The notes below the pieces were generated by a model. The model was not told the DNA's origin. It ran no database searches and saw only the letters and a list, made by a program, of their open reading frames with translations. Positions 11,822-21,659 of a stretch of 64,000 bases of DNA are shown in pieces; position 1 is the first letter of the stretch; every line of letters begins with the position of its first letter. The DNA is from an uncultured cyanobacterium (GTDB taxonomy: Bacteria; Cyanobacteriota; Cyanobacteriia; PCC-6307; Cyanobiaceae), in the NCBI GenBank assembly GCA_963765575.1, contig CAVXWZ010000008.1, positions 160,001 to 224,000 of the forward strand, in the 5' to 3' direction. The position numbers were made by a program, and so were the translations under genes.

Positions 11822-12841
11822 TCAGCCCGCCGAGCCCAGCAGCATCTGCGCCCTGCAGGCGGCGCTGAATTCGCCAATGGAGGGGTCGATCACCGCCGTG
11901 ATCGGCAACGGCTCCAGCACCGGCCCCAGGCGCCCCTTGTCGAGGAAGGCCCGCCGGAAGATCGGGCTGCGCAGCTCCATCAGCAGCTTGCCTGCGGTGC
12001 CGCCGGCCAGCCAGATGCCGCCGCGGCAGAGCCCCGTCAGGGCCAGGTCGCCGGTGACGCTGCCGTAGGCCTCCAACCAGAGGTCGAGGGCCTGGCGGGC
12101 CAGGGGGTCACCCAGGGCGGCGGCATTGGTGACCGCCGCCGGCAGGTCACCGTTGCACTGCTGCAGGGGATGCTCGCCATCGCTTCGCCTGTGATGGTGT
12201 TCGCTGAGCAGCCAGCGGGCCACATGGCCCAGCCCGGTGCCGCTCACCACCCGCTCCACCGACACCCGCTGGATCTCCAGATCTGCGGCCAGCCACTGCT
12301 TGAGCTGCCATTCCGCCTCATTGCGGGGGGCAAATTCGCTGTGGGCCGCCTCACTGGCCACCGCTGTCAGGCCGGCCGGACCCGGCACGCCGAAGGCCAC
12401 CCCCAGGCCGGTGCCGGCGCCCAGGATCAGCACCGGTTCCCCCTCGCAGCCGCTGCCCTGGCGGATCGAGGCCTGCTGGGCGGCGCCCAGGTGGTGCAGC
12501 CCGTAGACCAGCACTGCGAAGTCGTTGACCAGTTCCACGGCGGCGATGCCGGTGGCCGCCCGCAGCTGCCGTTCTTCGAGCTGCCAGGGCAGGTTGGTGA
12601 GCCGGGCGCTGCCCTGCTGCACCGGCCCGGCGACGGCGAAACAGGCGGCCGCGGGCAGTTCATCGGGGGCGGCAGTGCCCCTGGCATCCTCCAGGAAGGC
12701 CAGCACCATCGGTGCCAGGTCGGGCCATTCGTCGGAGCTGTAGCGCCGCGAGCACAGGGGCTCAATCTGCTCCTCGCCCGCCCGGTAGAGGGACAGCAGG
12801 GTCTTGGTTCCGCCGATGTCTCCGGCCAGCAGGATGCTCAT
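11822..12841 (-). CDS. glk: Glucokinase
   Basis: LAGDIGGTKT, LVNDF, GAGTGLG and SVERVVSGTGL motifs. Confidence 0.93.
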   Translation of the reverse strand: MSILLAGDIGGTKTLLSLYRAGEEQIEPLCSRRYSSDEWPDLAPMVLAFLEDARGTAAPDELPAAACFAVAGPVQQGSARLTNLPWQLEERQLRAATGIAAVELVNDFAVLVYGLHHLGAAQQASIRQGSGCEGEPVLILGAGTGLGVAFGVPGPAGLTAVASEAAHSEFAPRNEAEWQLKQWLAADLEIQRVSVERVVSGTGLGHVARWLLSEHHHRRSDGEHPLQQCNGDLPAAVTNAAALGDPLARQALDLWLEAYGSVTGDLALTGLCRGGIWLAGGTAGKLLMELRSPIFRRAFLDKGRLGPVLEPLPITAVIDPSIGEFSAACRAQMLLGSAG

Positions 12842-14682
12842 GAGCCTGCCGCTGCAGCGTCGTTCAGCTCCAGGCCGGCGGCCCGCTGGCGGTTGGCGTG
12901 CTCGCCGGCGCTCAGCAGAGCGGCCACCGGCACGGTGCCCAGATCGCCATCGCGGCGGCTGCGCAGGCTCACGGCCCCCGTTTCGGCTTCGCGGGCGCCG
13001 ATCACGGCGAGCACGGGGATCTTCATCTGTTCGCCGGTGCGGATCAGCTTGCCGAGGCGATCGCCGCTGCGGTCCACGCGCGAGCGGATCCCCGCCTGCT
13101 CAAGCTGGCCGCGAACCTGCTCGGCAAACGGGCGCACCTCGTCGGTCACTGGCAACAGGCGCACCTGCTCCGGTGCCAGCCAGAAGGGGAAATCGCCGGC
13201 GTAGTTCTCGGTCATGATCCCGAAAAACCGCTCCAGTGAGCCGAAGATGGCGCGGTGGATCATGATCGGACGCTGTCTGGAGCCGTCGGCGGCCACGTAC
13301 TCCAGCTCGAAGCGTTCGGGCAGATTGAAATCGAGCTGGATGGTGGAGCACTGCCACATCCGCCCGATCGCATCCTCGATCTTGAGGTCGATCTTGGGGC
13401 CGTAGAAGGCACCGCCGCCCTCATCGATTGTGTAGGCCCAGCCCTTGCGCTCCAGGGCCTCGACCAGCCCCTGGGTGGCCAGGTCCCAGACGGCGTCGTC
13501 GCCGATCGACTTCTGCGGACGGGTGGAGAGGTTGATCTCGTAGCTGCGGAAGTCGAAGGTCGAGAGGATCTCCTCGGTGAGGTCGAGGATGCGCAGAATC
13601 TCGTCGGTGATCTGCTCGGGCAGGCAGAACACGTGGGCATCGTCCTGGGTGAAGCCACGCACGCGCATCAAGCCGTGCATCACCCCGGGCCGCTCGTAGC
13701 GGTACACCGTGCCCAGCTCCGCCCAGCGGATCGGCAGCTCGCGGTAGGAGCGCAGCCGGTTGGCGTAGGTGAGCACATGGAAGGGGCAGTTCATCGGCTT
13801 GAGCTGGAACTGCCGGTCATCCACCTGCATCGGCCCGAACATGCTCTCCCGGTAGAAGTCGAGGTGGCCCGAGGTCTGCCACAACCCCAGGTCGGCCACG
13901 TGGGGGGTGTAGAGGAGCTCGTAGCCGGCGGCGAAGTGGGCCTGGCGCCAGAAGTCCTCGATCAGCAGGCGCATGCGGGCGCCGCGGGGATGCCAGAACA
14001 CCAGCCCGGCGCCGGCCTCATCCTCGATTGAGAACAGATCCAGATCGGTGCCCAGGCGCCGGTGGTCGCGGCGCAGGGCCTCGGCCCGGCGCCGCCGGTG
14101 CTCCTCCAGCTGCTCGGCGGTTTCCCAGGCGGTGCCGTAGATGCGCTGCAGCTGGGCGTTGTTCTCATCGCCGCGCCAGTAGGCCCCGGCCACGCTTTCG
14201 AGCTCGAAGGCCTGGGGGTTGAGCTCACCGGTGTGGGCCACGTGGGGGCCGGCGCAGAGGTCCCACCACTCCTGGCCGAGGGTGTAGAGGCTGATGGGCT
14301 CGTGGATGCCGGCCAGGATCTCGAGTTTGTAGGGCTCGTTCTGGGACCGGATCTTCGCTTCCGCCTCGGCGCGGCTCACCTCCAGGCGCTCAAGCGGCAG
14401 CTTGCGGTTGATGATCCGGATCATCTCCTTGCGGATCGCCTTGAGATCGGCCTCGGTGAAGGGGTCGGGGCTGTCGAAGTCGTAGTAGAAGCCGGTTTCC
14501 GTCCAGGGACCAATGGTCACCCGGGCCTTGGGGAAGAGCCGCTGCACCGCCATGGCCATCACGTGGCTCATCGAGTGGCGGATGCGCAGCAGCGTCTCGC
14601 TCTCGCTGGTTTTGGGCAGGTGGATGGGGCTTCCGGCCGCGGCTACGGAGCTGGACGTGGTCGCGGACGCGGGCACGGGCAA
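12838..14682 (-). CDS. thrS: Threonine--tRNA ligase
   Basis: RIRHSMSHVMA, DLCAGPH, KPMNCPFH and AFYGPKID motifs. Confidence 0.97.
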   Translation of the reverse strand: MPVPASATTSSSVAAAGSPIHLPKTSESETLLRIRHSMSHVMAMAVQRLFPKARVTIGPWTETGFYYDFDSPDPFTEADLKAIRKEMIRIINRKLPLERLEVSRAEAEAKIRSQNEPYKLEILAGIHEPISLYTLGQEWWDLCAGPHVAHTGELNPQAFELESVAGAYWRGDENNAQLQRIYGTAWETAEQLEEHRRRRAEALRRDHRRLGTDLDLFSIEDEAGAGLVFWHPRGARMRLLIEDFWRQAHFAAGYELLYTPHVADLGLWQTSGHLDFYRESMFGPMQVDDRQFQLKPMNCPFHVLTYANRLRSYRELPIRWAELGTVYRYERPGVMHGLMRVRGFTQDDAHVFCLPEQITDEILRILDLTEEILSTFDFRSYEINLSTRPQKSIGDDAVWDLATQGLVEALERKGWAYTIDEGGGAFYGPKIDLKIEDAIGRMWQCSTIQLDFNLPERFELEYVAADGSRQRPIMIHRAIFGSLERFFGIMTENYAGDFPFWLAPEQVRLLPVTDEVRPFAEQVRGQLEQAGIRSRVDRSGDRLGKLIRTGEQMKIPVLAVIGAREAETGAVSLRSRRDGDLGTVPVAALLSAGEHANRQRAAGLELNDAAAAGS

Positions 14683-14732
14683 GCGGCGCTGGGGCGGAGG
14701 CCGATCCTACGCAGCGCTTCTAGGCTCGGTGG

Positions 14733-15104
14733 ATGAGCGCCCAACCGTCCTCCCGGGAGCCCGAAGCGGCGTTGCTGGACCACCTGCTGGGGTCCCTCCT
14801 CAGTGACTTCCGCTTCTGGTTCGAGCGCGGCGACCTGCTGCTCGACCTCTGTCCCGAGGAGGTGATGGCGGCTGCCGAGCGCGACGCCCTGCGGAGCGAA
14901 TTGCGCCAGGCGAGCCGCGAACTGATCGCCGCCACCAGCCTGCGCAGGGCCGCTCCGGCTCCGGTGGCCCTGGCCCTGGAGGCGCTGGTGCCCTGGCACC
15001 AACTGCTGATGCGGGTATGGTCACTTTCGGCCCATCTGCGCCGCAGCGGCGTCGCCCTGCCCCGGCTCAGCTGGCCGGAACCGCCGGCGTTTCCAGGGTT
15101 CTGA
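14733..15104 (+). CDS. DUF2605-like cyanobacterial protein
   Basis: LLSDFRFWFER...PWHQLL pattern recalled from cyanobacterial DUF2605. Confidence 0.7.
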   Translation: MSAQPSSREPEAALLDHLLGSLLSDFRFWFERGDLLLDLCPEEVMAAAERDALRSELRQASRELIAATSLRRAAPAPVALALEALVPWHQLLMRVWSLSAHLRRSGVALPRLSWPEPPAFPGF

Positions 15105-15108
15105 AGCG

Positions 15109-15552
15109 ATGACGCAGTCTCCGGTCCGCGGTGGCGAGCAGCGCACCCTTGGCCTCTCCTACGTGCTCTGGTGTTTGGGCCTGCTGGGGGTCTGCGGGCT
15201 GCAGCGCTTCTACAACCGCAAGCCCTACAGCGGCACCCTCTACCTGCTCACCCTCGGCCTGTGCGGCCTCGGCCAGCTGCTGGACCTGTGGCTGATGCCG
15301 GAGATGGTGGAGCAGGCCAATGCCTTGCCGCTGCTGCGCTCAGCACCGCTCTCGCTGGAGCGCCAGTTGCTGGAGCTGGCGCGCCACAGCGGTGAGACCG
15401 GCTTCACCCTCAACGACGCGCTGCTGGCCCTTGAACGCGGCAGTGGCGTGGGCAGCGAAGCGGTGCGCGCGGAGATCCAGCATCTTCTGGAGGTGCACCT
15501 GCTGGATGTGGGCAACGACAGCCGGGGCCGGGTGGTGTATCGGGAGCCCTGA
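15109..15552 (+). CDS. TM2/NINE domain membrane protein
   Basis: GLQRFY..K..SGTLYLLTLGLCGLGQLLDLWL TM2 motif, plus a C-terminal winged-helix-like tail. Confidence 0.8.
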   Translation: MTQSPVRGGEQRTLGLSYVLWCLGLLGVCGLQRFYNRKPYSGTLYLLTLGLCGLGQLLDLWLMPEMVEQANALPLLRSAPLSLERQLLELARHSGETGFTLNDALLALERGSGVGSEAVRAEIQHLLEVHLLDVGNDSRGRVVYREP

Positions 15553-15557
15553 GCGGC

Positions 15558-16190
15558 TCAGCCGGCGCCCTGGTGCCGTTCCAGGGCGGAGCGGTAGAAG
15601 GCCACCAGGGCCTGGCGGCTCTTGGCCGGCTGGCCGTAGTAGCTGCCTCCGTGGTGGGCCGGCAGGGAGGCCCATTCCGGCGCCAGACGCGCCATCACGT
15701 CGGCGGTCAGGCCGGCCCGGTCGAACAGCTGCAGAGCACCGCGGCGCTCCACCAGGTGCAGGGCGGCCTGGTCCTGGTTGTGGGGTTCGAAGCTGTTGAG
15801 ATCGAGCTGGCGGGCCACGGCCTTCCAGGTGGCGGGGAGAAACTGGTAGGCGCCGGCAGCGGCACTGGTGTAGCGACGCTGCACGCTGATCTCGGGATGG
15901 CGCTCCAGCCCCTCGAAGAGACCACCGCCGTAGAGCACGCGGTAGCCCTCAGCGCTGCCACCTTTCCAGGTGCCCTCGGCGTAGCGCAGGGTGTCCAGCA
16001 GGGCGCGGCGCTCCGGGGTGAGGGCGTAGGGGGCGGGATCCGCCTCCCGCACGGCCACAGCGGGGCTGGGCTGGGGCAGCTCCGGCAGCGGCCTGAGGCT
16101 GGAGACCGCGGTGGCAGGTCTGGGGATCGGCAGCACGGTGGCCATGGCAATAGCGACGACCGTGGAGGCGAACAGGCGAGGGCGAGTCAG
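15558..16190 (-). CDS. Glycoside hydrolase family 104 (lambda-type lysozyme/muramidase)
   Basis: RALLDTLRYAEGT, AAGAYQFL..TW, QDQAAL and EWASLP...YGQ motifs. Signal-peptide-like N-terminus. Start uncertain (ATG 16145 or upstream CTG 16190). Confidence 0.85.
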   Translation of the reverse strand: MTRPRLFASTVVAIAMATVLPIPRPATAVSSLRPLPELPQPSPAVAVREADPAPYALTPERRALLDTLRYAEGTWKGGSAEGYRVLYGGGLFEGLERHPEISVQRRYTSAAAGAYQFLPATWKAVARQLDLNSFEPHNQDQAALHLVERRGALQLFDRAGLTADVMARLAPEWASLPAHHGGSYYGQPAKSRQALVAFYRSALERHQGAG

Positions 16191-16231
16191 GGGCGATGGA
16201 ATCGGGCTGCATGACCTTGCTGGTCCGAGGT

Positions 16232-16293
16232 GCCCCTCAGCTACAGCACTGGCCCTGGGGTTGACAAAAGCAGGCCAGTGTGCAGTTAGAGGC
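16232..16293 (-). ncRNA. Candidate structured leader RNA (long hairpin) upstream of the GH104 gene
   Basis: Minus strand folds GCCUCU/AGGGGC, CUGCA/UGUAG and CACUGGCC/GGCCAGUG. The G-U pairs exist only on this strand. Confidence 0.4.
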
Positions 16294-16396
16294 GAGTAAC
16301 GAAATGCGTCGCAGCTGCGACGGCTGTTGCCATCTGGCGGCAGAGCCACTGTGGGCAGCACTGATCAGCGCAGCTGATCAGTGCTGCGGGTTCCGT

Positions 16397-17449
16397 TCAG
16401 GGCGCCTGGGGTGGGTGGCGCTTGACCGGCGGCAGGAATCCGAGCGCATCGCGCACCCGCTGCAGCGTGGCGGTGGCCACGGCCAGGGCCCTTTCGCGCC
16501 CGTCCGCCAGCACCCCCTCCAGGGTGGCCGGGTCGGCGCGCAGGTCGCGGTAGCGCTCCTGAATGGGCCGGAGCGCCTCCACGGCGGCCTCGGCGAGCCG
16601 GGGCTTGAAGCCACCCCACCCCATCGCCGCGCATTCCGCCGCCACGGCCGCGCGGCTCTGGCCCGAGAGCAGGGCGTAGAGGCCCAGCAGGTTGTCAGCT
16701 TCGGGTCGCTCGGGATTGCCGAACTCCAGTCCCATGGTGGCGTCGGTGCGGGCGCGCTGGATCTTGCGGCTGATCAGCTCCGGCGGGTCGAGCAGGGCGA
16801 TGCGTGACCCTTGGTTGGGATCGCTCTTGCTCATCTTGCTGCTGCCGTCGCTGAGACTCATCACCCGGGCTCCTTCGGCCAGGATCATCGGCTCGGGCAC
16901 CTTCAGCACCGGCTGCGCTTCGCCGTCGGCGGCCGGGGCTGGGAAGCGGGCATTGATGCGCTGCTGGGCGATGTCGCGGGCCAGCTCCAGATGCTGTTTC
17001 TGGTCCTCCCCCACCGGCACCCGGTCGGCGTCATAGAGAAGGATGTCGGCGGCCATCAGCACCGGGTAATCCAGCAGCCCCGCCGACACCTGGTCGCCCT
17101 GCCTGAGCGCCTTCTCCTTGAACTGGATCATGCGCTCCAGCCAGTTCAGGGGGGTGACGCAGTTGAGCAGCCAGCACAGCTCGCTGTGGGCCGGCACCTG
17201 GCTCTGCACGAACACCGTCGAGAGGGCCGGATCGATGCCGCAGGCCAGGTAGAGGCCAGCGGTGGTGAGGGTGTCCTCGGCCAGGCGCGCCGGATCGTGG
17301 GGCACCGTAATGGCGTGCAGATCGACCACACAGAAAAAGGTGTCGTGGTCCTGCTGGAGCTCAACCCAGTTGCGGATGGCGCCCAGCCAGTTGCCCAGAT
17401 GCAGGGCGCCGGTGGGCTGGACGCCGGAGAGGACCCGGGGCCTGGTCAT
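16397..17449 (-). CDS. trpS: Tryptophan--tRNA ligase
   Basis: SGVQPTGALHLGN, VPVGEDQKQH and KMSKS motifs. Confidence 0.97.
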   Translation of the reverse strand: MTRPRVLSGVQPTGALHLGNWLGAIRNWVELQQDHDTFFCVVDLHAITVPHDPARLAEDTLTTAGLYLACGIDPALSTVFVQSQVPAHSELCWLLNCVTPLNWLERMIQFKEKALRQGDQVSAGLLDYPVLMAADILLYDADRVPVGEDQKQHLELARDIAQQRINARFPAPAADGEAQPVLKVPEPMILAEGARVMSLSDGSSKMSKSDPNQGSRIALLDPPELISRKIQRARTDATMGLEFGNPERPEADNLLGLYALLSGQSRAAVAAECAAMGWGGFKPRLAEAAVEALRPIQERYRDLRADPATLEGVLADGRERALAVATATLQRVRDALGFLPPVKRHPPQAP

Positions 17450-17454
17450 GGCGA

Positions 17455-18045
17455 TCAGCCTGCGCCGGGGGTCTCGGTGGAATCCGCCGGGATCTCTGCG
17501 CCTGGAGCCTCGGCGGAGCCATCGGCATCAGCGGCGGGCCTGGGATCGACGGTGGCGTCTGGGGCGGCGTCGACCGCGGGCTCCAGGGCGGCTTCCGGCT
17601 CCGGGGCCGCCTCGGGTTCAGGTGCCGCGACCGGGGCCGGGCGGGCCGGCCGGGCGAAGGGGTCAACCCGAGGGGCACGGTCCTGGCGACCGCCCCTGCC
17701 GACCTGGCGACCGCCGCCCTCGCCGCCCCGTCCGCCATCTCTGCCTCCAGCTCTTCCTCCGTCTCTGCCGCCCTCACGCTCCCCATCCCGGCCGCCGCCA
17801 CTGGGCGCGGGCTGATTTTGCTGCTGGGCCACCAGCGCGTCGAGCTGGCCGTCCTCCAGCATCTGGGCGATGGTGCGCACCGAGAAGCCCAGTACGGCCA
17901 CGGTGGAGCGCAGCCGGAAGGCTTCCTGGACGCTGCGGGCGGCACGCATCTCGTTGTCGCTCAGGCGGATCCGAAAGCCGCCTCCCTCGCGGTTGCCGGC
18001 GTTGCGCCCGGCCTGGGGCGCTGGCGTGTTGGAGTCGTCAACCAT
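17455..18045 (-). CDS. Conserved picocyanobacterial hypothetical protein with a low-complexity C-terminus
   Basis: GGFRIRLSDNEMRAARSVQEAFRLRSTVAVLGFS core, followed by GGR and PE/A repeats. Confidence 0.75.
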   Translation of the reverse strand: MVDDSNTPAPQAGRNAGNREGGGFRIRLSDNEMRAARSVQEAFRLRSTVAVLGFSVRTIAQMLEDGQLDALVAQQQNQPAPSGGGRDGEREGGRDGGRAGGRDGGRGGEGGGRQVGRGGRQDRAPRVDPFARPARPAPVAAPEPEAAPEPEAALEPAVDAAPDATVDPRPAADADGSAEAPGAEIPADSTETPGAG

Positions 18046-18061
18046 GGCGGCAACCGCTGGA

Positions 18062-18601
18062 TCAGGCGCAAGTGTGCCGCATCGTCACATGCTGGCTGGG
18101 AAGCCAGTGCAGCCTGTGCTGCCCCTGCTCCTGCGGTCGCCTCAGCACCAGCAGCGGCAGGCGTCGGCCGCCACTGGCGGCCAGCCCGCTGCGGTAGTCG
18201 TGCAGCAACTGGAGATAGTCGGCGAAGGTCCAGCCGCAGGAGCGCTGCTCCTGCTGCTGCCAGTGCAGGCGCTGGGCCCGCTGGCAGGCCGGGGCCCCGA
18301 AGTCCTGCCAGCACACCAGCTGGGCCGACCAGGGATCGCTGCCCTCTTGCACGAGCTGGCGCCAGCGCATCAGCTCGGGGGCCTCGGCGCTGGTGTCCGC
18401 CGGCACGGCGACGGCCAGGTTGGCCACCGTCACGGCCCGCAACTGCAGCCAGCTGCGCTCCATCAGCACCACCGGCAGGCCGCCATGCCAGCCCGGCGCC
18501 GCCTCCAGCTCCGCCAACCAGCCCTGCAAATGGCAGGTCTGGGCGGCCGTGAGAGCGGACAGCAGGTCGGAAGTGGGACCGCTCAGAGCGGGCTCAGCCA
18601 T
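18062..18601 (-). CDS. Hypothetical protein
   Basis: ATG-started ORF co-oriented with the trpS run. W-rich (CWQDFGAPAC...WTFADY). Confidence 0.65.
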   Translation of the reverse strand: MAEPALSGPTSDLLSALTAAQTCHLQGWLAELEAAPGWHGGLPVVLMERSWLQLRAVTVANLAVAVPADTSAEAPELMRWRQLVQEGSDPWSAQLVCWQDFGAPACQRAQRLHWQQQEQRSCGWTFADYLQLLHDYRSGLAASGGRRLPLLVLRRPQEQGQHRLHWLPSQHVTMRHTCA

Positions 18602-18748
18602 GGCTGGGACAGATCGAGGGTGGGCTGTCGGGCGCGGCGCTCCCGACGGCAAGGTTATGGGGTTTTGTCTGGGCTGGCCTGCTCCCCTGGCCCGGGGTCT
18701 GGGTCGCCCCCGCGGGCCATGGCCGCCCTCCTGAGCTAAACAAGCTCA

Positions 18749-20233
18749 GTGCACACCACCGCGTTGACCTCCCCGCCGTCACCGCCCGTTCCGGCGCCCG
18801 CAGCCCCTGCCCGCGGCCGTGGGGCCGCAGTCGGCCTGGCGTCGTCCCTGGCGGGTGTGGCCTGGCGCCGGCTCTGGCCCCTGGCGGCTGCCACGGCGGC
18901 CGGAGGCCTCGCCCTCGATGGTCTGGGGCGTCTGGCCGGTGGGCCGTTGCTCTCGACAGCGGTCGCCGCCGCCGGCCTCGGTGTCCTCTGGTGGTTGAGG
19001 CCCACTGGCCAGCGCGTCAGCGGGCCCGCACCGGCCGACGTGAATGGCTGGCTGCGGCGTCTCGAGGCCCTGGAGCCCCAGTTCCTGCGCCTGGATCCCG
19101 CCCTGGCCGCCGCCGCGGCCAGTCCGCCGCTGGCAGGCCAGCGGCGGCAACTGGAGCTGGCCAGCCTGCGCGGCCAGCTGGAGCGCCCGGGCCTGCATCT
19201 GGCCCTGGTGGGTCGCCCACCTGCCGATCAGGTCTGGCGCGGGCGGCTGGCGGCGGCCCTGCAGGGCCCCCAGTCGCTCACGCTGCACTGGGCCCGGCCG
19301 CTGCCGGCGGCGAGCGAGACCTGGCACTGGCCCGAGCCCTTCGCCAGCTGCGACCTGCTGGTGTATTGCCTCTCGACACCACTGATGGCGGCCGATCTGC
19401 GCTGGCTGGAGGCCCTGCCCCCCGGCCAGCCGCTGTGGCTGTTGCTCAACGCCAGCGCTGACGCCCTGGGTGAACGCCCCGGCGCTGAGCTGCTCAGCCA
19501 GCTCAATCTCGAGCCGGCGCCGCCGCTGCTGCACTGGACCCACCCCGACGACCTGGCCGCTGCCCTGCAGCCCCTGGCGCGGCAGTGCCTGGCTGAGGCA
19601 CCGCGCCTGCGCCGTCAGCGCCAGATCCGCTGCCTCGAGGCCCTGCACGGCCGCTGGCAGGGAGAACTGGAGCACCTGCGCCGCGGCCACTTTCAGGCCC
19701 TGCAGCAGCGCACCCAGTGGCTGGTGGCCGCAGGTGTGGTGGCGGCGCCACTGCCCAGCCTGGATCTGCTGGTGCTGGCGGTGGCCAATGGCCTGATGGT
19801 CAGGGAGATGGCCCAGCTCTGGGACTGCCCCTGGAACGGGGAGCAGCTACGCGCCATGGCCATGGAGCTGGCCCGGGCCTCCCTGAGCCTGGGGGTCGTG
19901 GAGTGGAGCACCCAGGCCCTGGCCGGAGCGGTGAAATGGCATGGGGCCACCTGGCTGTTGGGCAGCGCCGTGCAGGCGCTGAGCGCGGCCTACCTCACCC
20001 GGGTGGTGGGGCGGGCGATGGCCGACACCCTGGCGCGCTCGGTGGGGGTGCAGGAACCGGATCTGGAGCGCCTGCGCCGTGAGGCGCCGCTGCTGGTGGC
20101 CCGGGCGGCCGAACGGGAAAGGATCGACTGGCCGGTCTTCCTGCGCCAGGGCCGGCAGTGGCTGGCGCAACAGGCGGCGCTACCCCCAGCCAGACACCAC
20201 GGCCCGGGCAACACTGCGCAACAGCCAGCGTGA
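18749..20233 (+). CDS. YcjF/DUF697 family protein
   Basis: C-terminal QWLVAAGVVAAPLPSLDLL...QALSAAYLTRVVG pattern and N-terminal TM segments. Confidence 0.8.
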   Translation: MHTTALTSPPSPPVPAPAAPARGRGAAVGLASSLAGVAWRRLWPLAAATAAGGLALDGLGRLAGGPLLSTAVAAAGLGVLWWLRPTGQRVSGPAPADVNGWLRRLEALEPQFLRLDPALAAAAASPPLAGQRRQLELASLRGQLERPGLHLALVGRPPADQVWRGRLAAALQGPQSLTLHWARPLPAASETWHWPEPFASCDLLVYCLSTPLMAADLRWLEALPPGQPLWLLLNASADALGERPGAELLSQLNLEPAPPLLHWTHPDDLAAALQPLARQCLAEAPRLRRQRQIRCLEALHGRWQGELEHLRRGHFQALQQRTQWLVAAGVVAAPLPSLDLLVLAVANGLMVREMAQLWDCPWNGEQLRAMAMELARASLSLGVVEWSTQALAGAVKWHGATWLLGSAVQALSAAYLTRVVGRAMADTLARSVGVQEPDLERLRREAPLLVARAAERERIDWPVFLRQGRQWLAQQAALPPARHHGPGNTAQQPA

Positions 20234-20292
20234 AGAACTCCTAAGGGTCTGAACGTTTTTTTGCGGCTGCTGAACAAGCGGCCCATTGCCCG

Positions 20293-20451
20293 TAGCGTTT
20301 TCATACATCAGCCCATGGGTGCATTGGTGCCCCTCCCGTCAGCTCAACGACCTGGTGTCACAAGTTGTCCCTGGCGTCGCCTGGCTGGCTGGTGTCCCCC
20401 GTTCTCATTTTTTCTTCTCCTCTCTGACCATTCGTTCCTGAGGATTTCTCC
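20293..20451 (+). promoter_or_regulatory. psbA promoter (-10-like TAGCGT) and structured 5' UTR
   Basis: TAGCGT at 20293. ACATCAGCC (20305-13) pairs with GGCTGGTGT (20387-95). Pyrimidine-rich tract before the ATG. Confidence 0.5.
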
Positions 20452-21528
20452 ATGACGACTGCTCTGCGCAGCGGCCGCTCCGGAAGCTGGGAAAGCTTCT
20501 GCCAGTGGATCACCTCCACCAACAACCGCATCTATGTGGGTTGGTTTGGTGTGCTGATGATCCCCTGCCTGCTGGCGGCCACCATCTGCTTCATCGTGGC
20601 CTTCATCGCCGCTCCCCCCGTCGACATCGACGGCATCCGTGAGCCCGTTGCCGGCTCCTTCCTCTACGGCAACAACATCATCTCCGGTGCTGTTGTGCCC
20701 TCCAGCAACGCCATCGGCCTGCACTTCTATCCCATCTGGGAAGCCGCTTCCCTCGATGAGTGGCTCTACAACGGTGGCCCCTACCAGCTGGTGGTGTTCC
20801 ACTTCCTGATCGGCATCTCCTCCTACATGGGCCGGCAGTGGGAACTCTCCTACCGCCTCGGCATGCGCCCCTGGATCTGCGTCGCCTACAGCGCGCCGCT
20901 GTCCGCCGCCTTCGCCGTATTCCTGGTGTATCCCTTCGGTCAGGGCTCCTTCTCCGACGGCATGCCCCTCGGCATCAGCGGCACCTTCAACTTCATGCTG
21001 GTGTTCCAGGCTGAGCACAACATCCTGATGCACCCCTTCCACATGCTCGGGGTGGCCGGTGTGTTCGGCGGCTCCCTGTTCTCGGCCATGCACGGCTCGC
21101 TGGTGACCAGCAGCCTGGTGCGTGAGACCACCGAAACCGAAAGCCAGAACTACGGCTACAAGTTTGGTCAGGAGGAAGAGACTTACAACATCGTTGCGGC
21201 CCACGGCTACTTCGGTCGTCTGATCTTCCAGTACGCCTCCTTCAACAACAGCCGCAGCCTGCACTTCTTCCTGGCCGCCTGGCCGGTGGTGGGCATCTGG
21301 TTCACCAGCCTGGGCATCAGCACGATGGCCTTCAACCTCAACGGCTTCAACTTCAACCAGTCGATTCTGGATGCCCAGGGCAAGGTGGTGCCCACCTGGG
21401 CTGATGTGATCAACCGCGCCAACCTGGGCATGGAAGTGATGCACGAGCGCAACGCCCACAACTTCCCCCTCGACCTGGCGACGGCCGAGTCGACCCCTGT
21501 GGCGCTGATCGCCCCAGCCATCGGTTGA
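20452..21528 (+). CDS. psbA: Photosystem II D1 protein (Q130, D1:1-type)
   Basis: [10 protein letters not shown]...[20 protein letters not shown] gives Gln at the position equivalent to 130. Confidence 0.99.
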   Translation: MTTALRSGRSGSWESFCQWITSTNNRIYVGWFGVLMIPCLLAATICFIVAFIAAPPVDIDGIREPVAGSFLYGNNIISGAVVPSSNAIGLHFYPIWEAASLDEWLYNGGPYQLVVFHFLIGISSYMGRQWELSYRLGMRPWICVAYSAPLSAAFAVFLVYPFGQGSFSDGMPLGISGTFNFMLVFQAEHNILMHPFHMLGVAGVFGGSLFSAMHGSLVTSSLVRETTETESQNYGYKFGQEEETYNIVAAHGYFGRLIFQYASFNNSRSLHFFLAAWPVVGIWFTSLGISTMAFNLNGFNFNQSILDAQGKVVPTWADVINRANLGMEVMHERNAHNFPLDLATAESTPVALIAPAIG

Positions 21529-21554
21529 CCATCCGGACTGAATCCAGCCATCTG

Positions 21555-21579
21555 GCCCCCTCGATGCAGGGGGCTTTTT
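21555..21579 (+). terminator. Rho-independent terminator of psbA
   Basis: GCCCCCT-cgatgc-AGGGGGC followed by TTTTT. Confidence 0.85.
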
Positions 21580-21659
21580 GTTGCCCGGCTGGCACGAGCC
21601 CGCCGCTGCGGGCATCAGACTGACTGCGTCGCAGCGAGCCCGCCGGCTGGCGGCGCCTG

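Noticed and set aside
15558..16190. Prophage lysis module around the GH104 lysozyme
   Set aside because: No holin, structural or integrase genes nearby. It sits among housekeeping genes.
20452..21528. Atypical (rogue or far-red) D1
   Set aside because: The C-terminal Mn-ligand region [13 protein letters not shown] and the other motifs look standard. It is an ordinary Q130 D1.
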